64,000 bases of DNA from Gloeobacterales cyanobacterium. Its GTDB lineage: Bacteria > Cyanobacteriota > Cyanobacteriia > Gloeobacterales > PMM-0068. The translations under genes were made by a program, and so were the position numbers. The notes under the pieces were generated by a model. It did no database searches, was not told where the DNA came from, and saw only the letters and a program-made list of their open reading frames with translations. The stretch is taken from contig JBBRSB010000015.1 in assembly GCA_038245785.1 (NCBI GenBank), positions 1 through 64,000 of the forward strand, read 5' to 3'. Below, piece after piece: positions 55,521-64,000 of this stretch. Numbering within the stretch: position 1 is the stretch's first letter; the number at the start of each line of letters is the position of its first letter.

Positions 55521-56974
55521 TCAGTCCCAGCAACGTGACCCGCGATATTGTCGCAAAGCTTTGGAGTTTGTGTAATATCCTTCGAGATGATGGCATTACC
55601 TACAACGAGTACGTCACGGAGCTGACCTATTTGCTGTTTCTGAAGATGCTGGCTGAGACAGGCCGTGAAAGCCGTTTGCCAGATCAGTACCGTTGGGCTG
55701 ATCTAGACCAGCGGGAAGGTCTGGAGCAACTGGAGTTTTATCGGCAGCTCCTGCTCGATCTGGGCACTCAGAAAAAAGTGTCAGACGCTGTTGTGCTGGC
55801 TATTTTTACCGATGCTCAGACCAAGCTAAGGAAGCCAACCAATCTGAAGGCATTGACGGATGCGATTGACCGACTGGACTGGTTTTCGGCCCGTGAGGAA
55901 GGGTTAGGCAATCTTTATGAAGGGTTGCTGGAGAAGAACGCCGCCGAGAAGAAATCAGGGGCAGGCCAATACTTTACACCGCGTCCGTTGATCGATTGCA
56001 TTGTCCGGCTGGTTAAGCCCCAGGCGGGAGAGGTAGTGCAAGATCCAGCGGCGGGGACGGGGGGGTTTTTGGTGGCGGCTGATCAGTTCATCAAGAAGCA
56101 TACGAATGATCTCTACACGCTGACCAAGGAGCAGGTGTATTCCCAGCGCAATGAGGCTTACCGAGGACTGGAGCTGGTGCCCGATGCGCACCGACTTTGC
56201 CTGATGAATTTGATGCTGCACGGGATTGAAAGCAGCGTGGAGTGTGGTGATAGCCTATCTCCTGATGGAGAATCCTTGGGGAAAGCGGATGTTATCCTCA
56301 CCAATCCACCTTTTGGCACGAAGAAGGGCGGCGGACGACCAACGCGCTCTGATTTTTCGACTACGGCGGAAACCTCTAACAAGCAGTTAGCCTTTGTAGA
56401 GCATATTTATCGCGCCCTGAAACCAGGCGGACGGGCGGCGGTAGTTTTACCGGATAACGTGCTGTTTGAGGACAATACGGGTCGCAAGTTGCGGCAGCAG
56501 CTTATGGAACTGTGTGATCTGCATACTATTTTGAGATTGCCGACGGGAATTTTTTACGCCCAAGGGGTGAAAACGAATGTGCTGTTTTTCACTCGTGGCA
56601 AGAGCGACCGAGGCAATACCAAATCTGTCTGGGTCTATGACATGCGGGCAAACATGAACAGTTTCGGTAAGACCAGGCTCTTGACCGTGGCTGATTTTGC
56701 TGACTTTGAAACAGTCTTTGGTGATGACCCATTGGGCAAGTCACCCCGCTTTGACCAGGGAGAAGAAGGGCGTTTCCGTTGTTTTACCCGTGAGCAGATT
56801 GCCGATCGCAACGACAATTTAGATATTGCCTGGCTCAGAGACACGAGCAATGACCCAGAAGACGAGATGACTGAGCCGGAGGAGATTGCGGCTGCTATCG
56901 CCGGACATTTACGCACGGCTCTGGCAGAAATTGAGGCACTGATGCAGGAGGTGGGCGATGAAAACGCGGGATGA
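55517..56974 (+). CDS. hsdM: Type I R-M methyltransferase subunit M (m6A)
   Basis: GAGQYFTPR, DPAAGTGGF, NPPFG, LRLPTGIFY; start uncertain (55502/55517/55535). Confidence 0.96.
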   Translation: MISPSNVTRDIVAKLWSLCNILRDDGITYNEYVTELTYLLFLKMLAETGRESRLPDQYRWADLDQREGLEQLEFYRQLLLDLGTQKKVSDAVVLAIFTDAQTKLRKPTNLKALTDAIDRLDWFSAREEGLGNLYEGLLEKNAAEKKSGAGQYFTPRPLIDCIVRLVKPQAGEVVQDPAAGTGGFLVAADQFIKKHTNDLYTLTKEQVYSQRNEAYRGLELVPDAHRLCLMNLMLHGIESSVECGDSLSPDGESLGKADVILTNPPFGTKKGGGRPTRSDFSTTAETSNKQLAFVEHIYRALKPGGRAAVVLPDNVLFEDNTGRKLRQQLMELCDLHTILRLPTGIFYAQGVKTNVLFFTRGKSDRGNTKSVWVYDMRANMNSFGKTRLLTVADFADFETVFGDDPLGKSPRFDQGEEGRFRCFTREQIADRNDNLDIAWLRDTSNDPEDEMTEPEEIAAAIAGHLRTALAEIEALMQEVGDENAG

Positions 56975-57251
56975 GATTTTACAGATTTTAGCGAATCAAA
57001 AATTGTCGTTATTGGAAACGTATCAAATTACGAGGTTGGGTATTTTTGGCTCTTATGCCAGGGAACAACAAACAGAGACAAGCGATCTGGACGTGTTGGT
57101 GGATTATAGTCAGCCCCCTAATTTGCTGAAGTTGATTGAGCTGCGAGACTACTTGAGTCAACTCTTTACGATCAAGGTGGATGTAGTAACCCAAAGTGGC
57201 CTTAAGCCTCGCATTCGTGATCGGGTTCTATCTGAGGTGATTTATCCATGA
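56958..57251 (+). CDS. Minimal nucleotidyltransferase (MNT/MntA-like antitoxin)
   Basis: GIFGSYARE...SDLDVLV...KVDVV. Confidence 0.9.
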   Translation: MKTRDEILQILANQKLSLLETYQITRLGIFGSYAREQQTETSDLDVLVDYSQPPNLLKLIELRDYLSQLFTIKVDVVTQSGLKPRIRDRVLSEVIYP

Positions 57252-57553
57252 ATGCTACTAAGGAAACAATTATTGCTTGTTTACGGCAAAATTTTGCTTA
57301 TCTCAAAGATCAATATCACGTTAAAAGGATTGGTCTTTTTGGTTCATTTGCAACGGAAACAGCAACAGCAAACAGTGATGTCGATCTCGTTATAGAGTTT
57401 GAGCAGCCCATTGGTTTGAAGTTTATAGAGCTGTGCGGATATCTTGAGAGTTGTTTGGGCAGGAAAGTAGATGTCTTGACTACGGCAGGTGTTGCAAGTA
57501 TTCGTAATCACTCTGTAGCAGATCGCATTACCAAGAGTGTTATTTATGTCTAG
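57248..57553 (+). CDS. Minimal nucleotidyltransferase (MNT/MntA-like antitoxin), second gene
   Basis: GLFGSFA...SDVDLV...GRKVDV. Confidence 0.9.
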   Translation: MNATKETIIACLRQNFAYLKDQYHVKRIGLFGSFATETATANSDVDLVIEFEQPIGLKFIELCGYLESCLGRKVDVLTTAGVASIRNHSVADRITKSVIYV

Positions 57554-57642
57554 CCGAAGCGATAAGAAGCCCAGCAGCGTGAGTAAAGTTTTGTTCTATT
57601 GAATTAGTAGCTATTGCGATCATTTTGAGGTGATTGAAGTTA

Positions 57643-59066
57643 ATGAATGATCAAACAGATGAAGAAGCTCTAGAAGAAAGCAGCAGTGTAAGTGAGCTGC
57701 CGAAGGGGTGGGTTGAAGCAAAATTTACAGACTTCCTCGATATACAAGGTGGTACACAACCTCCTAAATCACAATTTTCAGAATCGTATAAAGACGGTTT
57801 AGTTAGGCTATTGCAAATTCGTGATTTCAGTAGTGATGAAAAGGCAATCTACATTAAAGATTCCCATAAATGGAGAAAATGTAATGAAGAAGATATTCTC
57901 ATAGCTCGTTATGGAGCAAGTCTTGGGAGAATTCTCACTGGCAAAACTGGTGCATATAATGTGGCTCTAGCTAAAGTAGTTTTCTTAAGGCAGTACTTTG
58001 ATAGAAAATATATTTTTTACTTGTTAAAAACACCTTACTTTCAAAACCCACTATTGTCTACATCTAGGTCTGCCCAGAATGGGTTTAACAAAGACGATTT
58101 GGATAGGATACTGCTTCCAGTAACTCCCCTCAACGAACAACGCCGCATTGTTGCCAAGCTGGACAGCCTATTTGTCCGCAGCCGCTATGCCCGTGAGGAA
58201 TTGGAGCGGATTCCTAAGCTGATTGAACGTTATAAACAAGCTGTGTTGACGGCTGCTTTTCGAGGTGATCTGACAGCGGATTGGAGGGAAGAAAACAATT
58301 CTGCACCTTTGATAGGAAATAAAACCTTAATTGATGGTCGATTAGATGAATTACCAAGTTTGCCAGATGAATGGGTTTGGAGAAATGTAGGTCAGGTAGC
58401 AGAGGTTACAGGAGGACTGACTAAAAACCAGAGTCGCACAAGATTTGAAAAAAAAGTCCCTTACCTTCGTGTGGCTAATGTTTATGCAAATGAACTTCGT
58501 CTTAATGAAATTTTGGAAATTGGAATTGCCGAGACCGAATGGGAACGGGTTAGACTCAAGTCAGGAGATCTTTTAATTGTTGAGGGCAATGGAAGCCTTG
58601 ATCAGATTGGACGAGTTGCTCTCTGGAATGGTGAAGTCGATCCATGTGCTCACCAAAATCATCTAATAAAGATGAGAGTAGGAGATTCTATTTTGTCAGA
58701 ATTTGCACTCTATTGGTTATTGTCATCCAGTGGACGTCGTGCAATTGAGCAAGTTGCTTCTTCAAGTGCAGGTCTTCATACTCTTAGCATTTCTAAAGTT
58801 AGTGCATTACCAATACCTCTATGCTCTATCAAAGAAATGAAGGTTGTAGTAGAAAGAATCGAGAAACTTTTCAAAGCAGTTGATCTGATAGAGCAGCAGT
58901 ATCAAAAAGCAAGCAAACTATACGATCGTCTTGAACAACCACCCTTACCAAAGCCTTCAAGGGTGAATTAGTTTCCCAAAATCCTGACGATGAGCCAGCA
59001 TCAGTATTACTAGAGCGTATTCGTGCCGAGAAGAAGGAGCAGCCAAAGGGAAGAAAAGTAAGATAG
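57643..59066 (+). pseudogene. hsdS: Type I R-M specificity subunit S with a 1-nt frameshift near the 3' end (~58939)
   Basis: ELPKGW, two TRDs, PLNEQRRIVAKLD, AAFRGDLT; shifted frame continues TLTKAFKGELVSQNPDDEPASVLLERIRAEK to TAG 59064-59066. Confidence 0.88.
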
Positions 59067-59090
59067 TACGTGGATGCCCAGAGGATGATC

Positions 59091-59330
59091 ATGACTACAC
59101 TGCTTAAACCTTCCGCCCTAATCCCTAAAGGACTGCAAGTTCAGCAGATTAATCACCTTACGCTGTTCAAATTCACCGATGAACTGGGCGATCGGCTGCA
59201 AACTTTGCTTGAGCAGAAAAAAGCCAATACCCTTACCCCAGAAGAAACCCTTGAGCTAGAAGCGATCGACGAACTCGACGAAATTTTCAGCTATATTAAT
59301 GGCGTCATGGCTGCTAATGACCGTTCCTAA
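59091..59330 (+). CDS. Small conserved cyanobacterial protein (antitoxin-like)
   Basis: FTDELGDRLQTLLEQKK..LTPEE..EL motif. Confidence 0.6.
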   Translation: MTTLLKPSALIPKGLQVQQINHLTLFKFTDELGDRLQTLLEQKKANTLTPEETLELEAIDELDEIFSYINGVMAANDRS

Positions 59331-59370
59331 ACCAGGATAAAAAGGTAATATCGAAATCTGGAGAGCGATC

Positions 59371-59610
59371 ATGACAACAGAAGAACTGTTACTAGAAAAA
59401 TGGCGCACCCTTCCCCCAGCAAAACAGCAGGAAGTTTTAGCATTTGTCAATCACCTGACAAAGCCTTCTCTCACCGCCGATAGCCCCCTTGGACAAAAAC
59501 TCCGGGCTATCCGCAGCCGCCTTGTCGAATCTGGAGTCTCACTCTTGAGCGATGCTGAACTAGAACGGGAAATTGCAGAGCGACGGGGAGAGCGAGACAC
59601 GATCGGCTAA
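59371..59610 (+). CDS. DUF2281-like antitoxin
   Basis: LLEKWRTLPPAKQQEVLAFV; translationally coupled to the PIN gene. Confidence 0.75.
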   Translation: MTTEELLLEKWRTLPPAKQQEVLAFVNHLTKPSLTADSPLGQKLRAIRSRLVESGVSLLSDAELEREIAERRGERDTIG

Positions 59611-60008
59611 TGGTACTCTCTTTTATTGATTCCGGTATTCTGATCATGGCGGCTCGCGGGAGTTCCCCTCGTTCTCAATTGGCTTTAGATATTTTGGCTG
59701 GTGGCGATCGCATTTTTGGTTCCAGCATTTTTATCAAACTGGAAGTCCTGCCAAAGTCAGTATGTTACCAACAAATCATAGAACAAGAATTCTATGAATC
59801 CTTCTTTCAAGGCGTAACTCACTGGATAAGCGATTTTGACACACTGACTCAATCAGCCTATCAATTAGCTTGTACCTATGGGCTATCCGGACTTGATGCC
59901 CTAAATGTAGCTGCTGCAATCTTGCTTGAAGCTGATGAATTCATCACGACCGAAAAGCCAACAAAGCCAATGTATCGTGTTCCTGGTATTCAATTTGTGA
60001 CTGTTTAG
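59610..60008 (+). CDS. PIN-domain (VapC-like) toxin
   Basis: FIDSGIL, LEVLPK, GLDAL, EFITTEK. Confidence 0.85.
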   Translation: MVLSFIDSGILIMAARGSSPRSQLALDILAGGDRIFGSSIFIKLEVLPKSVCYQQIIEQEFYESFFQGVTHWISDFDTLTQSAYQLACTYGLSGLDALNVAAAILLEADEFITTEKPTKPMYRVPGIQFVTV

Positions 60009-60190
60009 GGCAATCGCCGCTTATGTCGTTCTCGCAGGGCGCGGATCTTCTCACTGGAATACTCTGGGATGGGCGCAAGGCACAGTGCATCATACGAACG
60101 CATCCTGCGCTCGTCAATGAAGCCCACCGCGTGAAGATCTTGCGCGATCTCGTGAACTGTGTCCAGTATCTGACTGGTTGTCTTAGTCAT
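60005..60190 (-). pseudogene. Truncated HigA-like (COG2944) antitoxin lacking its HTH; RelE C-terminal remnant just upstream
   Basis: ILDTVHEIAQDLHAVGFID..MRSYDALCL...IRALRER then breaks off; upstream ...GALQEICHD. Confidence 0.75.
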
Positions 60191-60260
60191 GGCAAATCTC
60201 CTGTAATGCTCCACTCTTTACTTGGACATCAATCTCAGCAGGTCAGAAGCGATACTATTT

Positions 60261-60668
60261 TCAAGATTCCACCTCCCAATCTTCAAGGCGTAGGTCATTC
60301 ACACGGCTAAATTCTCCAGTGTTGTGGGTGATCAGCATCAGGTTGTGCGTGAGGGCAATTGCAGCAATTTGTAGGTCATTTGGCCCAATAGGTGTTCCCT
60401 TTGCTGCCAGATCTGCACGGATTTGTCCATAGGCAATCGTAGCCTCATCATCAAATGGAAGAGAGACAAACGGTTCAAGAAACTCATGATATCGAGTTAG
60501 CGTTTGAGCAGGATTTCGACTTTTCATCGCACCATAAAATAATTCCGCTTTAACCACGGAACAAACTACTACATCGCCTTGCCTGGTCGCTTTGAGCCGT
60601 TGCTGAACTGCGGCAGATGTTCCATTGAGAAGACGGATACAAACATTGGTATCGAGCAAATAAAACAT
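60261..60668 (-). CDS. vapC: VapC PIN-domain toxin
   Basis: YLLDTNVCI, AELFYG, IGPNDLQIAA, THNTGEF, LEDW. Confidence 0.95.
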   Translation of the reverse strand: MFYLLDTNVCIRLLNGTSAAVQQRLKATRQGDVVVCSVVKAELFYGAMKSRNPAQTLTRYHEFLEPFVSLPFDDEATIAYGQIRADLAAKGTPIGPNDLQIAAIALTHNLMLITHNTGEFSRVNDLRLEDWEVES

Positions 60669-60670
60669 TG

Positions 60671-60928
60671 CTAATCGAATACTCCTTCCATATCATCATC
60701 CAGTGCTTCTGAAATACCTTCATCATCAATCACGATTGGATCATCGGCACAGATCCCATAGATTCGTTCAAAAAAACCAACGGGCCACCCTCGCTCATCG
60801 ACTTCTTGCGGTGCAAGTTTCTGATAAGTTACCGTAACTTCTACTTCACCGTCTTGGATTTCTGTGGGAATCTCAAGATGTAGAATGCCATCTGCCCTGG
60901 TGTGCTGACGCACCTTAATACTTTTCAT
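60671..60928 (-). CDS. VapB-like antitoxin
   Basis: MKSIKVRQH..DGILHLEIP...WPVGFFE..G, directly upstream of vapC. Confidence 0.8.
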   Translation of the reverse strand: MKSIKVRQHTRADGILHLEIPTEIQDGEVEVTVTYQKLAPQEVDERGWPVGFFERIYGICADDPIVIDDEGISEALDDDMEGVFD

Positions 60929-61188
60929 GGTTCGGCTCCTTGCCCACAACGCAACAACCTCTTCACCCAATTCTGCCAGAATTACTTGAACCCGCTGCAC
61001 TGGTTCAGACAATTCTTCACTACTGATGTTGCTATTTATCTCAGGAACTCCAAATACGGAAGCATTACATTGTTGCCTCGTTAGCTCTAGTACGCGCTCG
61101 GTATTGGATGGACGATTTTATTCCTGTGGTTTGTATTTATTGTTGCGTTGATGCCATTTCATATTTATATCCATCATTGGATGGTTAC

Positions 61189-61216
61189 GTAGAGACACGA
61201 TATATCGTGTCTCTAC
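61189..61216. repeat. REP-like palindrome GTAGAGACACGATATATCGTGTCTCTAC (copy 2)
   Basis: Identical to 7387-7414. Confidence 0.9.
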
Positions 61217-61453
61217 AGGAAATTCAATATACGCAAAAAATGAAATGGGTTCATCCAAATTCCATCCATCGGATTGGGCAACCATGCACCATTGTCCCAA
61301 ATCAATAGGGTCTTATCCGGCGCAGTGATCACCTGCCATTCCTCGAAACAACGTATGGGTCTTGGCTGTTATTGCGAATCTTTTCTGCTATTTGTCAAAA
61401 ACAGAGGAAGCAGGCTACTTTAGTGAAAATTGCATATATAAGAGCCTGCTGAT

Positions 61454-62305
61454 ATGAAATGGGAAGACCTGCGCCGCAGCAACAACGTCGAAGACCAGAG
61501 AGGGGCATCCTCCGGCGGGCGCGTGGCTGGAGGCGTCGGCATCGGTAGCATTGTGGTTGCCCTGGTCGCGAGCCTGGTTTTCGGTGTGAATCCTGTGGAG
61601 GTGTTGAATCTACTCCAAGGCGGAGAAGTTGCGCCTAATCCGAACTCACAGGTTAAACCGATCGATGACCGGGACTCCCAATTTGTCAAAGCAGTCTTGG
61701 GAGACACCGAAGACACCTGGGGCCGTATCTTTCAGCAACAGCTCCAAATGTCCTATCAGCCACCCAAGCTGGTGTTATTTAACCAAGGCGTCAACTCAGC
61801 CTGTGGCATGGCAAGCACGGCTGTAGGACCGTTTTACTGTCCGGCGGATGAAAAAGTCTACCTGGATATGGCTTTCTTTCGGAAGATTGAGGCAACGGCT
61901 GGCTCCAGCGCTGACTTTGCCCGAGCCTATGCGATTGCCCACGAAGTTGGACATCATGTGCAAAATCTGATGGGTATTTCGGACCAGGTGAAAAATACGC
62001 AAAGTCGCTCTGGCCGGACTACAGGAAATGCCTTATCGGTGAGGGTTGAACTGCAGGCCGACTGCTTTGCTGGCGTGTGGGGACACTATACCGCTGAGCG
62101 GAATTTGGTGAATGGACAAGATGTGAAAGAAGCGATGGATACGGCTGCTCAGATTGGAGATGACTACTTGCAAAAGCAGGGACAGGGATACGTGGTCCCG
62201 GAAAGCTTTACCCATGGTTCATCGCAACAGCGGGTTTCCTGGTTCAGTAAGGGATTGAAGAGCGGGAATATCAAGCAATGTGACACTTTTACAGCCCGGA
62301 ATTAA
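61454..62305 (+). CDS. Neutral zinc metallopeptidase (YpfJ family)
   Basis: GPFYCPAD, AHEVGHH, ELQADC, PESFTHG. Confidence 0.93.
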   Translation: MKWEDLRRSNNVEDQRGASSGGRVAGGVGIGSIVVALVASLVFGVNPVEVLNLLQGGEVAPNPNSQVKPIDDRDSQFVKAVLGDTEDTWGRIFQQQLQMSYQPPKLVLFNQGVNSACGMASTAVGPFYCPADEKVYLDMAFFRKIEATAGSSADFARAYAIAHEVGHHVQNLMGISDQVKNTQSRSGRTTGNALSVRVELQADCFAGVWGHYTAERNLVNGQDVKEAMDTAAQIGDDYLQKQGQGYVVPESFTHGSSQQRVSWFSKGLKSGNIKQCDTFTARN

Positions 62306-62742
62306 TCGGGAGAACTGCTTGAAGTTAATAAGCTCTGCATGTAGGCCCTTTGTCCTTGTCTCTCAATCAACCTTTGCACCTCTGTTCGCAATCCACGTTG
62401 TTGAACAGCTAGAGAAGCAACAATTTCTTGCTGCATTTGGCTGATAGTCAGCATAGTTTGCAACTCCTGGCGCATATCTCCGATCTGGCCTTGCTGTGCT
62501 TCAACGACCTGTTGATGGGCCTGAGCAACTCCTTGGAGCTTTAGGGTTGAGTCTTGGAGCTTTTGAGTAGATCCCTGCAATTCTCGGGTTGTACCCTGCA
62601 GCTCTTGGGTCGAGTTCTGTAGTTCTCGGGTCGCACCCTGCAGCTCACGGGTTGCACCTTGTAACTCACGAACCGATTGAGTCAAAGCTTCTATGTCTGT
62701 CGCCAAGCGATCCAGCCTGTCATCTGTCCAACGTTCCACCAT
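62302..62742 (-). CDS. Coiled-coil protein with seven 7-aa repeats
   Basis: MVERWTDDRLDRLA N-terminus, then (R/Q)ELQG(A/S/T)T heptads. Confidence 0.75.
   Translation of the reverse strand: MVERWTDDRLDRLATDIEALTQSVRELQGATRELQGATRELQNSTQELQGTTRELQGSTQKLQDSTLKLQGVAQAHQQVVEAQQGQIGDMRQELQTMLTISQMQQEIVASLAVQQRGLRTEVQRLIERQGQRAYMQSLLTSSSSPD
62524..62670 (-). repeat. Seven degenerate 21-nt tandem repeats (coding)
   Basis: CGTGAGTTACAAGGTGCAACC-type units, 7 x 21 = 147 nt. Confidence 0.8.
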
Positions 62743-62918
62743 AATTTCTCTGCGTCTAGTAAACCATTCTCTGAATATACTCTATGTTCAGACTGTTTGT
62801 TGTGTGTTCTGACTGCTTCTGTCAGAGACTTTGAGAGAAGCTAAGCAATCAAGTTACAATGACTAAATGGGACATAATGAATTGCCACCACCATCAGTGT
62901 CTCTAATAGAAGTTGCGT

Positions 62919-63233
62919 ATGTTGAAGAAAGAAAAATCCAAAGATACCGCATCGATACTGGCTCTATTTCTAGGCCCCTTTGCCGTGCATAAATTTTACT
63001 TAGGCGAATTAAAAGAAGGCTGGGTTCAGGTGGGCCTGATTGTGTTTTTTACTCTTGGAATTATTTTTTCTATCGTTTCAAGCGCGAGCGATTTCTATTT
63101 GAGTCCTCTATTCATCGCTAGCACTTTAGGCGCTAGCATCATTGGCTTTAAAGCAGCCTTTGATTCTATTCGTCTGGCCTACATGAGCGAACAGGATTTT
63201 AATCAAAAGTACAACCGGTTTGAAAGGGATTGA
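62919..63233 (+). CDS. TM2 domain protein
   Basis: KSKDTASILALFLGPFAVHKFYLG...FNQKYN. Confidence 0.88.
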   Translation: MLKKEKSKDTASILALFLGPFAVHKFYLGELKEGWVQVGLIVFFTLGIIFSIVSSASDFYLSPLFIASTLGASIIGFKAAFDSIRLAYMSEQDFNQKYNRFERD

Positions 63234-63275
63234 AGGTGCTGATGCTAGGATCAGAGTCTTGATCTGTATGCTTTT

Positions 63276-64000
63276 ATGTCTGGCAATGAAAAAGTAGTGG
63301 TCGGTCTCTCCGGCGGGGTAGATAGCTCCGTCACAGCGGCTCTTTTGGTCCAGCAGGGCTATCAGGTGGCAGGGCTAACCCTGTGGCTACTGAATGGTAA
63401 AGGTTCCTGCTGCTCCGATGGTATGAAAGATGCCGCCAAACTGTGTGACCAGTTGAACATTCCCCACTACATCGTGGATGTGCGCGAGGAATTTGATAAG
63501 CGGATTGTGCAGTTCATTGTCGATGGCTATAAGCATGGGGTAACACCCTTGCCCTGCTCACGCTGCAACAAAGACCTCAAATTTGGGCTGATGCTGGACT
63601 ATGCGCGGGAAAAATTAGAGATTCCCAAAGTTGCTACCGGGCATTACGCGCGGGTAGACCAGGTAGACGGACGCTATCGCTTGCGTCGGGCAGTAGACCG
63701 CAATAAAGACCAGAGCTACTTCCTCTATGAACTCTCCCAAGACCAATTGATGGGAGCCGTATTTCCTTTGGGCGAAACCACCAAAGACCAAACCCGAGCC
63801 ATTGCTCGTGAATTAGGACTCGCTGTAGCCGATAAACCAGAAAGTATGGACCTCTGCTTAGTGGAAGCTGCTGGTTCGATGCGGAACTTCTTAGATGAGC
63901 ATCTAGACCCGGTAGCGGGTGAAATTGTCGATACTACAGGCGCTGTGGTGGGCAAACATGATGGAGCCCATCACTACACCATTGGTCAACGAAAAGGCTT
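63276..64000 (+). CDS. mnmA: tRNA 2-thiouridine synthase MnmA (cut by window end)
   Basis: [48 protein letters not shown]. Not in the ORF track. Confidence 0.97.
   Translation, partial: MSGNEKVVVGLSGGVDSSVTAALLVQQGYQVAGLTLWLLNGKGSCCSDGMKDAAKLCDQLNIPHYIVDVREEFDKRIVQFIVDGYKHGVTPLPCSRCNKDLKFGLMLDYAREKLEIPKVATGHYARVDQVDGRYRLRRAVDRNKDQSYFLYELSQDQLMGAVFPLGETTKDQTRAIARELGLAVADKPESMDLCLVEAAGSMRNFLDEHLDPVAGEIVDTTGAVVGKHDGAHHYTIGQRKG

Noticed and set aside
54576..58940. Programmed readthrough or phase variation of hsdR/hsdS
   Set aside because: The stop is TAA with no recoding signal seen, and the hsdS lesion is not in a simple-sequence repeat. No second hsdS, inverted repeats or invertase are present.
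60929..61420. RAYT transposase or other gene around the second REP palindrome (ORFs 61108-61308, 61118-61300)
   Set aside because: There is no HUH (NHxH) or catalytic Tyr motif; VETRYIVSL appears on both strands only because the DNA is palindromic.

Overview
Cyanobacterial chromosome segment. It carries ycf54, a GuaB3-type IMPDH, devBCA, an RRM protein, Uma2, DUF1997 and a HAS-barrel gene. Very few HIP1 sites and an ATP synthase beta lacking the usual cyanobacterial/plastid insertion suggest an early-branching lineage (inference). The housekeeping backbone is dnaB, rplI, mnmE, atpD, selO, corA, ppsA, CIRCE-groES-groEL, dnaX and mnmA. It is interspersed with accessory and decaying DNA: the 3' end of an IS4/IS50-like element inserted in a dispersed repeat, many intact and eroded toxin-antitoxin genes, a Type I R-M locus with an internal stop in hsdR, a frameshift in hsdS and two tandem nucleotidyltransferase genes between hsdM and hsdS, a nonsense-split flavin amine oxidase and a GC-rich heme peroxidase. 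Two non-coding signals are not explained by the ORF track. (1) A highly structured ~185-nt element directly after the groEL stop has two internal-loop hairpins and resembles an IS110-family bridge RNA, but no recombinase gene is present; it lies next to a perfect 50-bp REP-like palindrome. (2) An integron gene cassette (barstar-family gene plus a canonical attC) is present with no integrase in the window. All calls come from reading the sequence and recalled family motifs; no database searches were run.
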